DNA of 64,000 nt, from contig DF237361.1 in the NCBI GenBank assembly GCA_000708835.1, positions 18,789-82,788 of the forward strand. The letters are read 5' to 3'. Shown piece after piece: positions 1 to 13,928 of this stretch; the stretch's first letter is position 1, and every line of letters begins with the position of its first letter. The notes beneath the pieces are model-generated. The model was not told where the DNA came from. It made no database searches and worked only from the letters and a program-made list of their open reading frames with translations. A program made the translations under genes and the position numbers. The stretch is from Klebsormidium nitens (lineage: Eukaryota; Plantae; Klebsormidiophyceae).

Positions 1-3000
1 CTATGCTGCCCCAGGTGAGAGCTAGAAGAATCAGAGAAGTCTTGTACACATGCATCATTTCAGATTTGCATAGCCAGGGATTTCGGAAGGAGGCAGTGGG
101 CTGTGGGTGGCGTTGCTGTACTTACTGGTCGGGCACTGGGAATCTCAGCCCCAGTCTGCGAGCTTGGTTGCTCTCGTGTTGCTAGCACTCATATCGTTTT
201 CTCCCCTCGCAAAAGTATCTCTTTTTTGTAGTGGCCGAATTTCCTCAACGTAGCGTCGCTTCCGCCTCAGGTGCTGATGTTGTACTGCGACAAGTGGGTA
301 GGTGTCCGGTCCGCTGCCGAGGCCGCTGCCACGGAGGTGGTTCGCAAGCTGAACAAGCACGCGGTCAAGGCTACCCTGCCCAGTGAGTCTGCGCTTGTTT
401 CAGTTCTCGCTTTGAGTCGTACTGCAGTGCAACCGCTGGAGACCGAGTCTTTACTTCTGTAGCTCTTCATTGACGCTTTGAGGCCGTGTTGCTGTCACGT
501 AGGAAGAGTTGGAGCTGTCGACGCCACTATGTTTTCGTACAAGACATAATCAGGCTCCATACTTTTTTTCTTTGGGCCGCAGCCGTATGCAAACCTTTGA
601 GATCTGGTCTCGAGAGCAGGTCTTGTAATCGACTATTCAAAGGCCTCAAGTTGTGAGGGTCGCTGGTAGTCTTTCTTACGCCTCCGGGGACGTTTTCTTC
701 TTCGTCCTCTCCCCACGTCTTGACCCCAGCATCTCGCTGTTGACAGTTTTCTTTGACGCCATGGAGAGCCCCAAGTTCTGGCAGGCCCAGGAGGGCAGCC
801 TGAAGCTGATTGGGCTGCTGGCCGAGACTGCGCCCGACCAGCTGCGGGCCGCCCTGCCGGAGGTGGTTCCCCGCGTGTCCAACTACGTGGCAGACGGCAA
901 GAAGCAAGTCATGGAGGCAGCATATGCAGGTACGTGCTGGCACTGCAGCCCAGTGCGACTGGATAAAAGCTTGGGTTTGTCCCTGCCGTATTGACCTCGA
1001 GATTGTTCAAAGCCACGTATGCGTGTGCAGAAGAAACATGTGCCTGCACGGACGTGCACTTCCTATGCTGATCCGCTTGCACATGAGAGTCTCCGTCTAA
1101 CGCTCTCGACCTCGGATTCTCAGCCGTTGCCACGATTGTGTGCAGCTTTGGACGCGTGCTTCAGCATCGTGGGCAACCGCGACATCGCCCACGTCATCCC
1201 GGACCTGGTCAGCTGCGTTGCGAGGCCGGGCGAGGTCCCGCAGACCGTCCACAAGCTGTCCGGAACCACGTTCGTACAGGTGGGCAGCCAGTCATTTGAA
1301 AGATTCGACCGTTTTGGGACAACCAGGTGCACCTACTGGTTTTCGCAGCCCTTTGTGTCGGCTTGCTCTCCGGCTGGCAGCAGTTGGAAAGTAAGTTTTG
1401 TTAGGTGGTATTTTGATTCCTGAGACTCTTAGGATAAGCATGTTCCTGCCTGCGGGGCTTCACCTGGGCACTTAAGGTGAAGCCCGTTCGCAAGAGAGTG
1501 GGCAATGCTCAATGCTTCCATTAGAGCTCAACCAGCGGCTTTGCTGACGTGTGGCCGTTCCTACGCAGACGGTGACGTCATCGACACTGTCGGTGCTGGT
1601 GCCGTTGCTGGTGCGGGGGCTTAAGGAGCGCACGACGCTGGACAAGCGGCGAACCGTGGTGGTCATTGAGAACATGAGCAAGCTCGTCAAGGACGCCGTT
1701 GACGCAGCGCCCTTCATCCCGCAGCTCCTTCCAGGTGGGTCCGCACTGTTTGCTTCTATCGAGAGATTACAGTTGGGCACGAAGGAATTGGCAGCTTTGT
1801 GGGACACGGAGATGTCCAAATCTGAAGCCGCTTTCGCACCGAAAGGCGTGCGAGAACGTGCTTCAACGGGTGACGTATGTCTGCTGGCTGCCGGGTAGAT
1901 CGATCGAGAGAAAAAGCAAGCTGAGCTCACCCACTGTCGATCAGTCGGTGTGTCGTCTGCGAGTACGCGGAGGTAGATTCACACGTTCTTCATCGATGCT
2001 GATTCGTCAAATCCGCCCGTCCTTTCTCCCAGGCTTGGAGAAGGTGTCCAACGAGGTGGCGGACCCCGAGTGCCGCGAGCGCGCGGGCGTGGCGCACAGC
2101 GTGCTCTTCAACATCGACAAGGAGGCCAAGGCCATCATGAACGACCCCGAGAACCAGGCGCGCAGCATCGAGCCCGCTGCCGTCATCGCCGCCCTCAAGG
2201 TCAGAACCAGGCACCGACAAACGTAGTCAGCGAAGAAAAGGACCCTTACTAAGGCTTATGCAATTGTCATTTTCAGTCTGCGGTTCCTCACACTCTTTCA
2301 GAAAGATCTCTATTCTCCAAGTCAGAAGTAGTGTCCTGGGCGAGCAAGCCGTTCTCTTCAGTGTCGAAGCGTCAAGTTGAACAATCTGTTTGCGTGCTGC
2401 TGCTCGCAGGAAGTTCTTCCCCCTGACACTGGGGCCGCTGCGCCGGACCTCTTTGCAAAGACGCTGGATTACGTGGCGGCGCTGTGTGTTCTCCTGCTCA
2501 AACACAAGTCGATCGAGTTTGAAGGTGGGCACCGATAGGCTTTTTGCACCCAACTGCTCTCTACACGCTCCTTTTTTCTCTCGCCGAGCTATTTGCCTGC
2601 ATAGATTATACGCAGTGCTGAGTCAGCACAGTCAGATTGCCCAAGTCAAAGTTCCGTCTCGACAGCTGTTCAATGGCAAGCAGCTGATGGCATGTCGAGT
2701 GTGCACGGCCATTGTTAATAGGGCGTCGGATCCTGGGGTACACCCGCGCATTCGAGTCTTGAGAAAAATTCCCATCTGACGGCTCAGGTCCCATTCTGAG
2801 AAGTGTCTTGGGCGACCGAAGTAGTTCCATGGGTCAGTATCTGGTCGTCTGAGGGAGGACTGGTCTCCCGACGCCCTCTTTGCAATCCTGGTACGCTCTT
2901 GTGAGCAGCACCTCATCCCTACGCTTTCTGCGTTCGTTGCAGAGTGGTCTGGCACGGTGAGCCCGTACCTGGCGCCGTACGTGGGCAGCATGTCGGAGGC

Positions 3001-6000
3001 GGAGAAGGCGACCCGCGCGCTGGTGAAGAAGCTGGAGGGCGAAGCGGACGACGACAGCGAGGAGGAGCAGGACGACGAGGAGGGGGAAGACCTCTGCAAC
3101 GTCAGGTTCAGGTCAGCGCAGCGCACTTTTAAAAAGTTCCCGCAGGCTGCCCCAAACATCTGGCTCTTCTAGATTCCTGGTACCACTTTGCATAGGCAGG
3201 CTAAAGGTTTTACTTGTAATGAGGAGCTGGCTCGGGTGCGAAGATATTTGGAACTACTTTGTGAACGTCAAGTATAGACCTCCTCTGGTTGCCGGACGGG
3301 TTGGTGGAGGAGTGCACTCAGAAAGACCTCCAGATGCTTTTCTCGCTGCAATGGGTAAGTCAACAGTTTCAGGGGTTCTCACTGCTACTGATACCGTATC
3401 TGCGTTGTCACGGCAGCCTGGGCTACGGTGGCAAGATCCTGCTGAACAACTCGCGGCTGCACCTGAAGCGCAACCGGCGGTACGGCCTGTGCGGGCACAA
3501 CGGGTGCGGCAAGTCGACGCTGATGAAGGCCATGGCCAACGGCAAGCTGGACGGATTCCCGCCCCCGGACGAGCTGCGGACGGTGTACGTAGCGCACGAT
3601 CTGGACGCGTCCGAAGCGGACCAGTCGGTCGTCGACCTGCTGGCGACCGACCCCCTCATCAAGGGAGTCTGTGAGTCGCCGCTCTTGTCTCGGTATTCGA
3701 GCTTTGCGTGGAGACCGGTCTGCTACGAAAGCGCTCTTTGTGAAGTTTCTCTCGTGAGCTGCCAAGGCTTGCGAGGGGGGTTGCCGTTTGCATTCGTTTG
3801 ACATACTGTGAAGCGGTATTTGGAGGTCACCGGCTGGCGAGCTTACGGTGCCCGTGCGCCACTTTTCGTCCCCTCAAGACGACATCCTCTCGACTTGCGG
3901 TGCCAGCCTCGCTGACTCGGCCTGTTTCGGTTCCGCGCAGCTCGAGAGGAGATCTGCCGAGTGCTGTCGACGATGGGCTTCGACGAGGAGCGCCAGCAGC
4001 TGACCATTGCGGCCCTGTCAGGAGGGTGGAAGATGAAGCTAGCGCTCGGGCGAGCCATGCTCATGAAGGCAGATATCTTGGTACGTATCCTCCTCCACAC
4101 TCTGCCCTACCGATTTGCATTTTGCGCATCATCTTTATTCTACGATCCATTCGATGCCCTTCGCGAGTGCCGTAGCATCCTAGGGCTGGCGTTCCTTGTG
4201 TATGTGGTGATTGCTGACGTGTCGACATGCTTGGGCCGCAGTTGTTGGACGAGCCGACGAACCACATGGACGTGACAAACGTGGCGTGGCTCGTGAACTA
4301 CTTGACGACCATCCAGGTAAAACCCCCGGATGGCCCGGAGGCGAACTCGCCCTCGAATGAAGCATTTAAAACGTTGGGTTTTGATTTAAGTTGCGTGTCA
4401 GTACGATGAAACTGACATTGCCTTAACAGCCCAAGGTCAGTGCGATAACTCTCTGTCGCATTGACATTTACGATACAAGCACCCCAGTGACCTGCCGTAG
4501 AAAGGCGGAGTGTCCAGGATATATCCAGGGGAACATCTGTCCGGGAGTGGGCTCTGGCAGACCCCCTACAATGCCCCTATCCTGGCTATGTCTGAGGCTG
4601 GTGCTGCTGTGTGTGTAGGGCGTGTCGAGCATCATCGTGAGCCACGACTCGGGCTTCCTGGACAATGTGTGCACTGACATCATCCACTACGAGAAGCGCA
4701 AGCTCGTGCGCTACAAGGGCAACCTCTCCGAGTTCGTCAAGGTCAGCACCATGCCACTTCACCGCCCCTGGCGGCCCGCTCCGCTTTAGACTCCTGGAGC
4801 GAGCGAATCTACATCGCCATTTACGTGCTTCGAGTCGGGTGCCAGCCACCTGAGAGCAAATCACCTCCTTTTAGTCGCTTGCTCGCTGTGTTGAGCAAGG
4901 GGAATGCGAGGACCAAATTTCTCTCAGCGCCTTCCATCATTGCGGGAGGCTTCTCTTTCTCTCATTAGCCCATAAGCTCATGAATTCTCTTTCCTATTGC
5001 CCCGCAGCAAAAGCCTGAGGCGCGCGCGTACTACGACCTGAACGTGGTGACGCTCAAGTTCGTGTTCCCGGCGCCAAAGGCGCTGGACGGCATCCTGCGG
5101 CGCGACATGCCCATCGTACGGCTCAAGGGCGTCGAGTTCACGTACGACAGCGCGGAGCGGCCGCAGCTGGAGGACGTGAACGTGCAGTGCAACATGGAGA
5201 GCCGGGTGGCCGTGCTGGGGGCCAATGGGGCGGGCAAGTCCACGCTCATCAAGATCCTCACCGGGCAGTTCCAGGCGCAGGTGAGCGGGCAACACTTGCT
5301 GGTGAAGTTTTGCAGGTCCCCTCCGTGCGTGTCCGACAGACCGGTTGAAACGGTGGAGGGCCGCGGGCGCTTGTATGTCATGAAATTCGAGAGTGCTGGG
5401 ATTGCAGCATGCTCCCGAGAGGCTGCGATAGTACGGCTCCTCTGCCGTAGCACGACCATCAATGTGTCAGAAGGGTGCTTAGAACCCGGCCATCTTGAAA
5501 CGAAAATAGCCACTGCAAGCGAGTGAAACGGCGGACTTTGTCTTCAAGCGGTTGGAGAGGCGGCCTTTCTTGACATTGTTGAGTCTTTGATTGTGCAGAA
5601 GGGGACGGTGTGGCGGCACCCGAACCTGGGCATTGCGTACGTGGCGCAGCACGCGTTCCACCACGTGGAGGAGCACCTGGAGATGTCGCCCAGCCAGTAC
5701 ATCTGCTGGCGCTACGAGACGGGCGAGGACAAGGAGGAAATGAACAAGGTCAGGCGCGGAGAGACGTTTCCTAGTCGCTCAGGAGGGCTGAAGCATTGCG
5801 ACGGGGCTCACGCGCATCCGCTGCCGTGCCCTTCGCTTATTGTAACGAAGCTCTTTGCACAGCGGGTCCTCGGGATTGCCATGTTAAGAGTTGAGTTTTA
5901 GAGTTAAGAATTGAGTTTCATAAAGCCACGTTAATAAGATGTTTGCTGCCTGAAAGCGGCAAGTTCTCTAGCACTTTGGCCAGATCTGGTGTACACCAAG

Positions 6001-7770
6001 TCGAAAAACACGGAGCCGAAAGCTCTGGTTCCTGTGAGGTTGGTGCTTTAAGAGCTGCGCTGACCTCCTTGTACGTGCTGACGTGCACAGGTGACGCGGC
6101 GCATCAGCAAGGAGGAGCAGCGGCAGATGGAGAAGATGGTGATCATCCGGGGGGAGAAGCGCAACGTGGAGAAGCTGGTCGGCCGCCGAAAATATAAAAA
6201 GACGTATGAGTACGAGGTCAAGGTCAGCGACAAAGCTTGCATGCGCTATACCTGGAAATACTCTTCCGGCTGCATTCCAGTTTTATACGATTGCCACGTC
6301 AATATACGGCCTTCTTTCTGTAGTACTTGCCATATCGCCAGGGCAATATTCTAGCACCCAATCTTCTAGCACCGGAGGATTGAGGAAGAGATGGCCTCTT
6401 TGTGTCGAGGGGTCTGTCCAAGCACTTTGAGCGGTAGCTCGAGCCTTCTGCTGACTGCAGTCTCAAAGAGGTCCAAAAGGAACATTGCTGCTTCCCCTGC
6501 TCTCCTTGCCTGCACGCCCCTCACTTTGTTTACGTTTTCGTGCCCAGTGGAAGGACATGCACCCGGTGCACAACGCGTGGATGACGCGCGCGATGCTGGA
6601 GGAGATGGGCTTCCAGAAGATGATCCACGAGGTGGACGCGCAGATGGTCGCCAAGCTGGGCCTCTACAACCGGCCGCTCACCATCGCCGGCGTGCAGCAG
6701 CACCTCTCCGACTTCGGCCTCGAGCCCGAGTTCGGCACCTACGGCCAGATCAAAAACCTCTCAGGTCAGCGCCGCAGGAGTTTTGAGGCAGCGAGACGGG
6801 GTTGTGTGAGTTTGGGGCCCTTGCGGTTTGTCTGTCGAGCAACTGTCCAAGGTGGTCTGAACGAATTGTGAGGGCGAAGAGACTCAGCGGGCTGATTTGC
6901 TTTGAGGAACTGAGCTTTTAGCGGACAACGTTCGCGCTGCTTCACCTACGATCCTACCGCTGCTGATATGGTAGAGGTGGAAAAAGAAGATTGAGGGAGT
7001 GCTCGAGAGGAACTGTTAGCCGCTTCTGACTCCTGGAGAGCTTGTCGTTCCGCAGGTGGACAGAAGGTGAAGGTGGTGTTGGCAGCCGCCATGTGGGCCA
7101 ACCCGCACATGTGAGCACTTCATCGGTCCCTCATTGACCCTCCTCTGCGTGCATTAGAACCTCATACCCGTAGATTTGCGTATTGTGCTGGGTTGATTCT
7201 GTACCTTACTCAGGCCCCACACAGCGCTGTCACTAATTGCTTAAAGCTTCCGTGTTGCAGGATCGTGCTGGACGAGCCCACCAACTACTTGGACCGGGAG
7301 GCCCTCGGCGCGCTGGCTTCCGCTCTCAAAGAGTACCAGGTACGGCACACTTTCGCGGCCAGCGCGCCAAAGCCTCGAAGCGAGGACTCGTGGCAATAAG
7401 GAGCCAAAAGAGCGAGGAGAAGTTGATGGCCTGCTGCAATTACCAAAAGTCTCTGCTGGCCGCAACTATTTGCAGCTTTCCGTAAAATGGCAAAGCCTTT
7501 TACACTGTTCGTTCCAGTCAAGGCTCTAGAGAAGCGTGTGCGTTCCGTTACTGATTCTCGTACCGGTTGCTTGCGCAGGGTGCGGTGGTGGTTATTTCGC
7601 ATAACCACGACTTCGTATCGTCGGTCTGTACCGAGGAGTGGCATGTCGGAGGCGGCAAAGTGATTGCGGAGGGCAACCCGGCATACGAGGCGGCAAAGGA
7701 GAAAGCAGGCAAGGAGGCGAAGAAGGCAGCGGAGAAAGCGGAGAAGGAGGCGAAAAAGGCAGCGCGATAA
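1..7770 (+). CDS. eEF3: Elongation factor 3 (eEF3/YEF3-like ABC-F ATPase), 5' end outside window. Inferred exons: <1-14, 271-382, 747-929, 1146-1279, 1569-1734, 2033-2199, 2410-2524, 2943-3111, 3417-3670, 3941-4080, 4242-4316, 4619-4741, 5008-5280, 5599-5748, 6091-6222, 6548-6764, 7056-7110, 7261-7339, 7579-7770
   Basis: HEAT-repeat N-terminus ([11 protein letters not shown]...[14 protein letters not shown]; GNRDI...TTFVQTV) and the [19 protein letters not shown] linker. ABC1 has GHNGCGKST / LSGGWKMKL / [13 protein letters not shown]2 has GANGAGKST / LSGGQKVKV / [10 protein letters not shown] with a chromodomain-like insert ([16 protein letters not shown]...NAWM). Ends in a Lys/Ala/Glu-rich tail. 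All joins are GT-AG and keep frame. Confidence 0.93.
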
Positions 7771-8843
7771 TAGCCTAGAGTGTTTTACGCCGCTATATGC
7801 TGCAGCTTTCCAAAGATGCAAGTGTCCGTGTTTTGGAGGGCACTTCCAATATGGGGTGGGGTGGGACTGATGCTTCCGAGTTCGTTAACATTCTTTGCTC
7901 CGCCAGCGCATCAAGGATACTGGGGGGCTGTTGCACGAATAATGTAGAGCTAGTAAACGCTTTCGCTGGAGACAGGTCGTTAAATCGCCCCTCCGTTGGT
8001 CCACAAATCAATAGCAGGGGCTGAGTCATCATCAGTGTCAGGTTATAAGAAATGGTTCTTTGCTAGCTTCACAATGCATACAGTAACGGCAACATAGAAA
8101 CTTGACCGCTAAGTGATTCTCATAGAACTGCAGTCGATATTGCTCCACCTTGCTTACGGTCTTCATATGAGTTATAGTTATGGGATACTGCATAGGGAAT
8201 CTCTGCGTCGCTGAAGCAGCTGAATTTGATTCATGCATGCACTTGTCTGCATGAAAGTATAGATTCTGCGCATATATATGCATGTACGGTGCCTACTATA
8301 TACTAAGCACGGCTTAAATTACTTACTTTTTAAGATGGAACCACCATGCAGACTGACATACTAAAAGCGCAACGGCGAGTACGTGCCCTGATCTCTTATT
8401 GCCGCCACATGTGCACGGCAACCTCATGCATGCATGTGCACATGCAATCAGTGACGGTAGCCCATGCAAGTGCGTTGCATGAGTACCGGCCCGAGTAGCT
8501 AGCTTTGTTTAAGGCTTGCACATGAGGCCATGAGCCAGTTCGAGCTGGCATGGTTTGTCCATGCATTGGGATGTGCGTGGGGGGCAACTCTACGCATGTA
8601 AGTAGTATGCAAACCTCAGTGCAGGACGCCTTGATGAGTCAGTTCATTATCTGAACCATGGCCTTCTGCATTTTCTTCCTTTCCTGTAAATCTAGGCACT
8701 TAATCGATGCGGCATGAGTAAAGGCGCTGGTATACTAAATCCCCAAGGCATGCAGCCCGACTATAATTGGCCCCGCAATCATGTACAGTAAGCAGCTTGC
8801 AATGACCACAGTCATGAATTCCTAACAAACGACAGACTTTGAA

Positions 8844-11800
8844 TTATAGTGCGTGTTTTCTTTCTTCCGCGACGCTGTCTCGTCTCCTATACACATGAGG
8901 TGGCGACCTCGATGAAACCCCAAAAATCGTTTCCCTCGCCCGGGGCAATTTCGGTGACTGCACATTGAACCCGTCCCTACCGTCCCGGTGCCCCGGGCCT
9001 TGAGCTTCCGCTAGCATATTCCACTTCTTGGCCTGCTTTATCAACTCGTCAGCCTCCCCGTTGAACTCGGGGTGGTCCAATATAGCAAATTTTAGTGAGG
9101 CGCACACAGAGTTGTTGATCCGCCCACCGAATCGCTCTGCGTGCCGAAGTAGCTCCCGAAAGGCGTCCATTGCCTTGGCCGCCATGCCCATCTTGGCGTA
9201 AGCGTTGATGAGCCCGTTGTACGCGTCCGAAATAAAAGGGCCTTTGAGCAGCCCCTTGCTGCGCATAGCCTGAAATGCGATCTCCGCACGGGGCACGTCC
9301 CTTGCCTGGAAAGCAGAATGAGGATCAATAGCTAGCCCAGGTTATCCCCCGTAATGACGCTATACTGAACCAAGATATTTTGTCAGATTGGACAGTTACA
9401 AGCACAGTCCAAAAACGTCTCTGTCCAACTAGCTTTGACTTTCAGCCGTTGGCCAAGTGGACTAGATCCAAAGGTTGGCAAGCTTTCGCAGCCAGAGGAA
9501 TGCGAGGAGCGCACGCGTTCTCAGCAACAGAAGTCGAAAGTCCTGTCTCGCCACCCATACTATACACGCAACTCACGGATTCCTCGATCTTTAGGAGGCC
9601 GCAGATTACGTTGTTTGGGCCATGCGCGCGGGCTCACCCTGCAGTAGAGGTGGATGAGCTCCACCATGGTGTATGCGTTCGCCTCGTACCCGTGGCTGCG
9701 CATCGCGTGCACCACGCGCTCCGCGAACTCGACCAGCCCCGCCTTGCTGAACGCGTCCAGCATCATCTGGAACACGGCCTGGTCCGGCTCGATGTTGTTG
9801 TCCTTGAGGCGCGCGTAGATGGCCATGGCGCGCCCGGGCTGCTTGCTGTTGGCGTACGCCTGGATCAGAATGGTGTACGTGTACAGCTCCGCCTTGATCC
9901 CCGCCATCTCCATGTACGTCAGCACCTGCTCCGCCTGCTTGTACAGCCCCGCCTTGGCGTACCCCGACAGCAGCGTGTGGTAGCTCGCCTGCGCAACAAG
10001 AATGGAGAGGGGGGTTCTCATCCTGAGAATTCGGAGGGGAGGCAGTCTCCGTTCCGCGACTCGCAGAGCTGTTCGTTGACAGTCGACTCGGTATTGACAT
10101 GCATAGCATTACCAGGGCTCATAATCTTTGGGAGCAGGTTGTAGCTTCGAGTCGACACAAGAGCGCGGAGGCTTAGGCCGCACTAAGAGATCTGGAGTGC
10201 CACGCAGCTTTCGCCACGCAGCTTTCGAATACGCCCAGAAAAGCCCGGAGGACTTGTTCGGACATCTGCATGACCGGCGAGTGACGTCTGCAAGGGAATG
10301 TCGGATGTCCCGAACACGAGCCTCTCTGCTGGAGCCACTGTCTGTTTCTGAACATACAAACTAAGATAGGCTATGATCATGAAAGATTAGCAAGGCGAGG
10401 CATTTTGACCTGAACTCTTTGCCTCGACGACAGAGTCCCACCCAATTCAGGACCGACCAAGGCCCACATCTTGCGATCCAGCCGTCCCGGCTCACCCTGT
10501 TCGGCCGGATGCCCTTCCGCTTCATCTCCGTGAACAGCAGAATATCCGCACGCGTATACTCGTGCGCCTTAACATACGCGTTCAGCAGCCCGTTGTAGGC
10601 CAGCAGGTCCAGCTCCAGGCCGCGGCTCTCCATGCGCTCCAGCATGCGCTGCGCCTCCGGGACCAAGCCCAGCCGCGCATAAGCGGTCAGCAAGGTCGTA
10701 TATATGCTGGCGTCCATGGCCGTGCCACTTTCTTCGGCCTCGCGGAGGAGCGCTTCTGCGCCGGCCTGGTCGCCGATGCTAGAATACATGCCGATAAGGC
10801 ACGTGTACGTGATCACGCTAGGCTGGCCGTGTGCGCGGAGCCGTGCGAGGTGCGCCTCGGCCTTTTCCACCAGCCGCTGCCTGCGGGAGCGGAATGGCGG
10901 ACCAGGTAAGCTAAGAAGAGGACGATCCCTTTTAGGTTTTAAATAAGGAGGGACTGTCTGCAGCAGCATTGGAAGCGAGCGGAGACGCTACGGGCGATCA
11001 AGAACGAGCCATGGCCGAAGTTTCTGCCGCCTTCCTTGTTGATGTTTGGGAAAGCGAGCCCAAAAAACAAAAACGAGAACTGATCAAAAATAAGCGGCGC
11101 GGGAACAAGGGGGAGGGAATCGGGCTCGATATTTGCTACTCCTTATTTTCAGGTCAAGATGCAGGTTGTTTCTGCGCTCATGTCGAGGATAAGGCGGCTT
11201 CAAGTGTTGAAAGTAGTGGCGGTAGACCCAACAGACGGGAAGTCTGCTTCAAGGAAGTGTCACATGTCTGTCGTGGAGGGTCTGTACCAAACAACCCGAT
11301 GAAGGGGCTGGGGAATTACAAACACCTTTTCCTGAACGTCAACTGAAGCAATAGTTTCGAATTGCCCAAGGCAACGTTCAATCATGGGAGGGCGCTGACC
11401 GGCAGTAGAGGTCGAGCATGGTGTTGTACGTGACCATGTCAGGAACAACTTTGCTCTCCGCCATCCGCTGCCAGAGGTCCTCCGCTTCCTGCACCATGCC
11501 ATGCTGGCCGAAGCAGTTGAGCAGGATGTTGAACGACCTCGTGTGCAGCTTGAACCCCCGCTGTGGCCGCTCGTCAAACGCCTCCATGGCCGCCTGCACG
11601 TTCCCTGACTTGCTGTATGCGTCAATCAGCAGGTTGTGCTCGTTGTCGGAACATGGGAACTGCTCGCTTGTCAGCATCCACTCGATGACCTGACGAGCAG
11701 AAAGTAGATAAATATGACCAAACGTACGGAGATGTCAGTGCGCAACGAAGACTCGCAGGCAGAGTGACTCAACGGCAGCGGCCAGAGGTCATCTGCGTTA

Positions 11801-12888
11801 AGACCAGATGACCTTGGGTACATGTGAGCCATATGGTACAACAAACAAGTCCTTTGTGACCAGTAATCTTTTCATTCTGACTTCTCGTAAAGCTGGTCCA
11901 AGGTCACAATTTAACCCATCCAAGGTCACGTTATGGAACCTGAGGAGAGCTTTTACGCCACTTCTAAACCCCCTGAGATTCAGACCTAGGGAACTGCGCG
12001 TCAATCTGTAAAATTAATCAAAGTGACCTCCACCAAATCTCAAACAGAGGCACTTGAAGATCTCAGTATCTTTGACCACCTTCGTACAGACAAACGCTGC
12101 GGTACAAGTATTCCACTAGTACGGTCTTCCTGTCGATTGTCACAACCTCTTGGTGGCACTATCGCTGTTGCTCTTACCTGGACTGTGCGGCCCCAATGCC
12201 GCTTCTGCCGCAGTGTCCCTATTAAAAACGCGAGGTCATGCCGGGACGCCCCCAGGCACTTGGACCAGTACTCCAGTGCGGCCGCCACCCCTTCCCCCCC
12301 CTCCGCTTCGCTGACCTCATCCAGCAGGCGCTGCGCGTGCGCGCTGTTCTGGCTGTCATCAACCTTTTTGGCTACCCCGAACGCGTGCCGCAGGCGCTCC
12401 TTCCTCTGCTTGCTGTTCTCGATCGGCCGCCGCACCGGACCCCTCTGCTGCCGTGCCCCCCGGGGCAGTGGGGGCAGAGTAGGGTCGATCGGCTTCCTCC
12501 CCGAAAAGATCAGCGGCTTTGGAATCTTGACAGGGCTGGAGGCCCGTCTTCGGCGTGACGGACGGAAAATATCGGTCACACTCTCGTCTGTTGCTGGGAC
12601 TTGCCCTGTATCAATGGGCAGGCTGACAGGCACGCTAGGTGGTCCTGACGCTGTCGACGCTTGTGAATCTACCCCCAAGGCTTCAGCTTTTGTGGCCCGA
12701 ATGCAGGGGCGCGACGCTGTCCGAAAGATCAGCTGGCCTCCGCTCCCAGCGGCATGATTAAAAAGTGGCGGTGTCTTTAAATATGTGTGTTTTGGGAAGG
12801 ATGAAGACCGCCCGCTGAAAGTTGCTTGACTCATGGTGCAGCAGTCTTGAGTGGCCCGGACACCAGCAATGCATTGGGTGGCCTCCAT
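8844..12888 (-). CDS. P-class pentatricopeptide repeat protein (about 11 repeats) with organellar transit-peptide-like N-terminus. Exons: 12888 (or ATG 12834)-12178, 11689-11400, 10880-10496, 9988-9638, 9305-8844
   Basis: Tandem 35-aa motifs such as VTYNTMLDLYCR, ITYTCLIGMYSS, AYNGLLNAYVKA, SYHTLLSGYAKAG and YTYTILIQAYAN. The N-terminus is Ser/Arg/Pro-rich. No E/DYW or SMR domain is visible. The start codon is uncertain. Confidence 0.9.
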
Positions 12889-13655
12889 GGCAGGCTACCT
12901 CAAAGGGAGATCTGCACTGGAAAAGGGACGTGATCAGAGAGGAAAGTTTCCCATTTTGGACCCTCAGATCGAGGGCGGAGGGATCTCATTGCAGCTTTGG
13001 TCAAAGCTGATGGATCGTGTATGAGGGTTTGGCCGCACCACCTCCAGAATTTGGTAATGGTGAGCACAAGAAAAGAGGGAGGGAGTCCAATATTTGAGAA
13101 GTACTCACACCTGTGCTGAAAGCAATCCATCGTATACAAAAAGTGGAGGCTGCTTCCAGTACCACACAACCCTCTGGAGCAGTTATTAGCCGCTTATTAC
13201 CACGCTTCAAAGGCCAAATGCCCTTTGATGTACTTGGATGCTGAGCTTTTGACTTGTCAGATGCGCGATGCCTGCTCGAAAGCGACATGTTTGCAAGTGC
13301 AGGGTGTCCAAAATGAGAGACAGTTACCTACCTCTCCAGTCCCTGCTTCAGAACTGCCAACATGCCCTAGACTCTGGGGCCTCCCCTGCAGGCGGACTGC
13401 TGCTCAAGGAACTCTGTACAACGAAGACAGCAAGGGACGACTTGCTGGACCTTCAAAATTCGTGGCTCCAGATTGTCGGGTACAGCCCTAACCCTGAGCT
13501 AAACCTCCGATTTTGCTTGGACGCGTTGCAACACAACAATTTGCAATGGCAAATGGTGACCGCATTCTCTACGAATTACATTATCTTCGCTAGCTAGTCG
13601 TTCAAGGAGTTAGAAGGCGGCTCCTTTGTCAAGGTCCGATTGCAACTTTTGCGAA

Positions 13656-13681
13656 CACTTTTTCGAACACTTTTTCGAACA
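13656..13681. repeat. 12-bp-period tandem repeat in the PPR/trhO divergent spacer
   Basis: GAACACTTTTTC twice, followed by GAAC. Confidence 0.8.
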
Positions 13682-13928
13682 AACGAGGAGAGCGCAGTTG
13701 CGACTAACCCGGTTACTGTAGTAACCACGGTCCAGCTGAAGAAGAAGCAGCTGGTCAGCACAACCTGGAGGCAGCACGAAGCTCAGCACATTTTAGGAGG
13801 CCATCTGTTGGGCCTCGCTGCAGCAGAGGCGACAAACAACTTAGCTGATACCTATTGTAGCTACTGTAGGTTGGTTGAAGGAATGCATTTTGGCGTGAAA
13901 ACTTTCTTTGCTGACGGGCAATGCTCCA

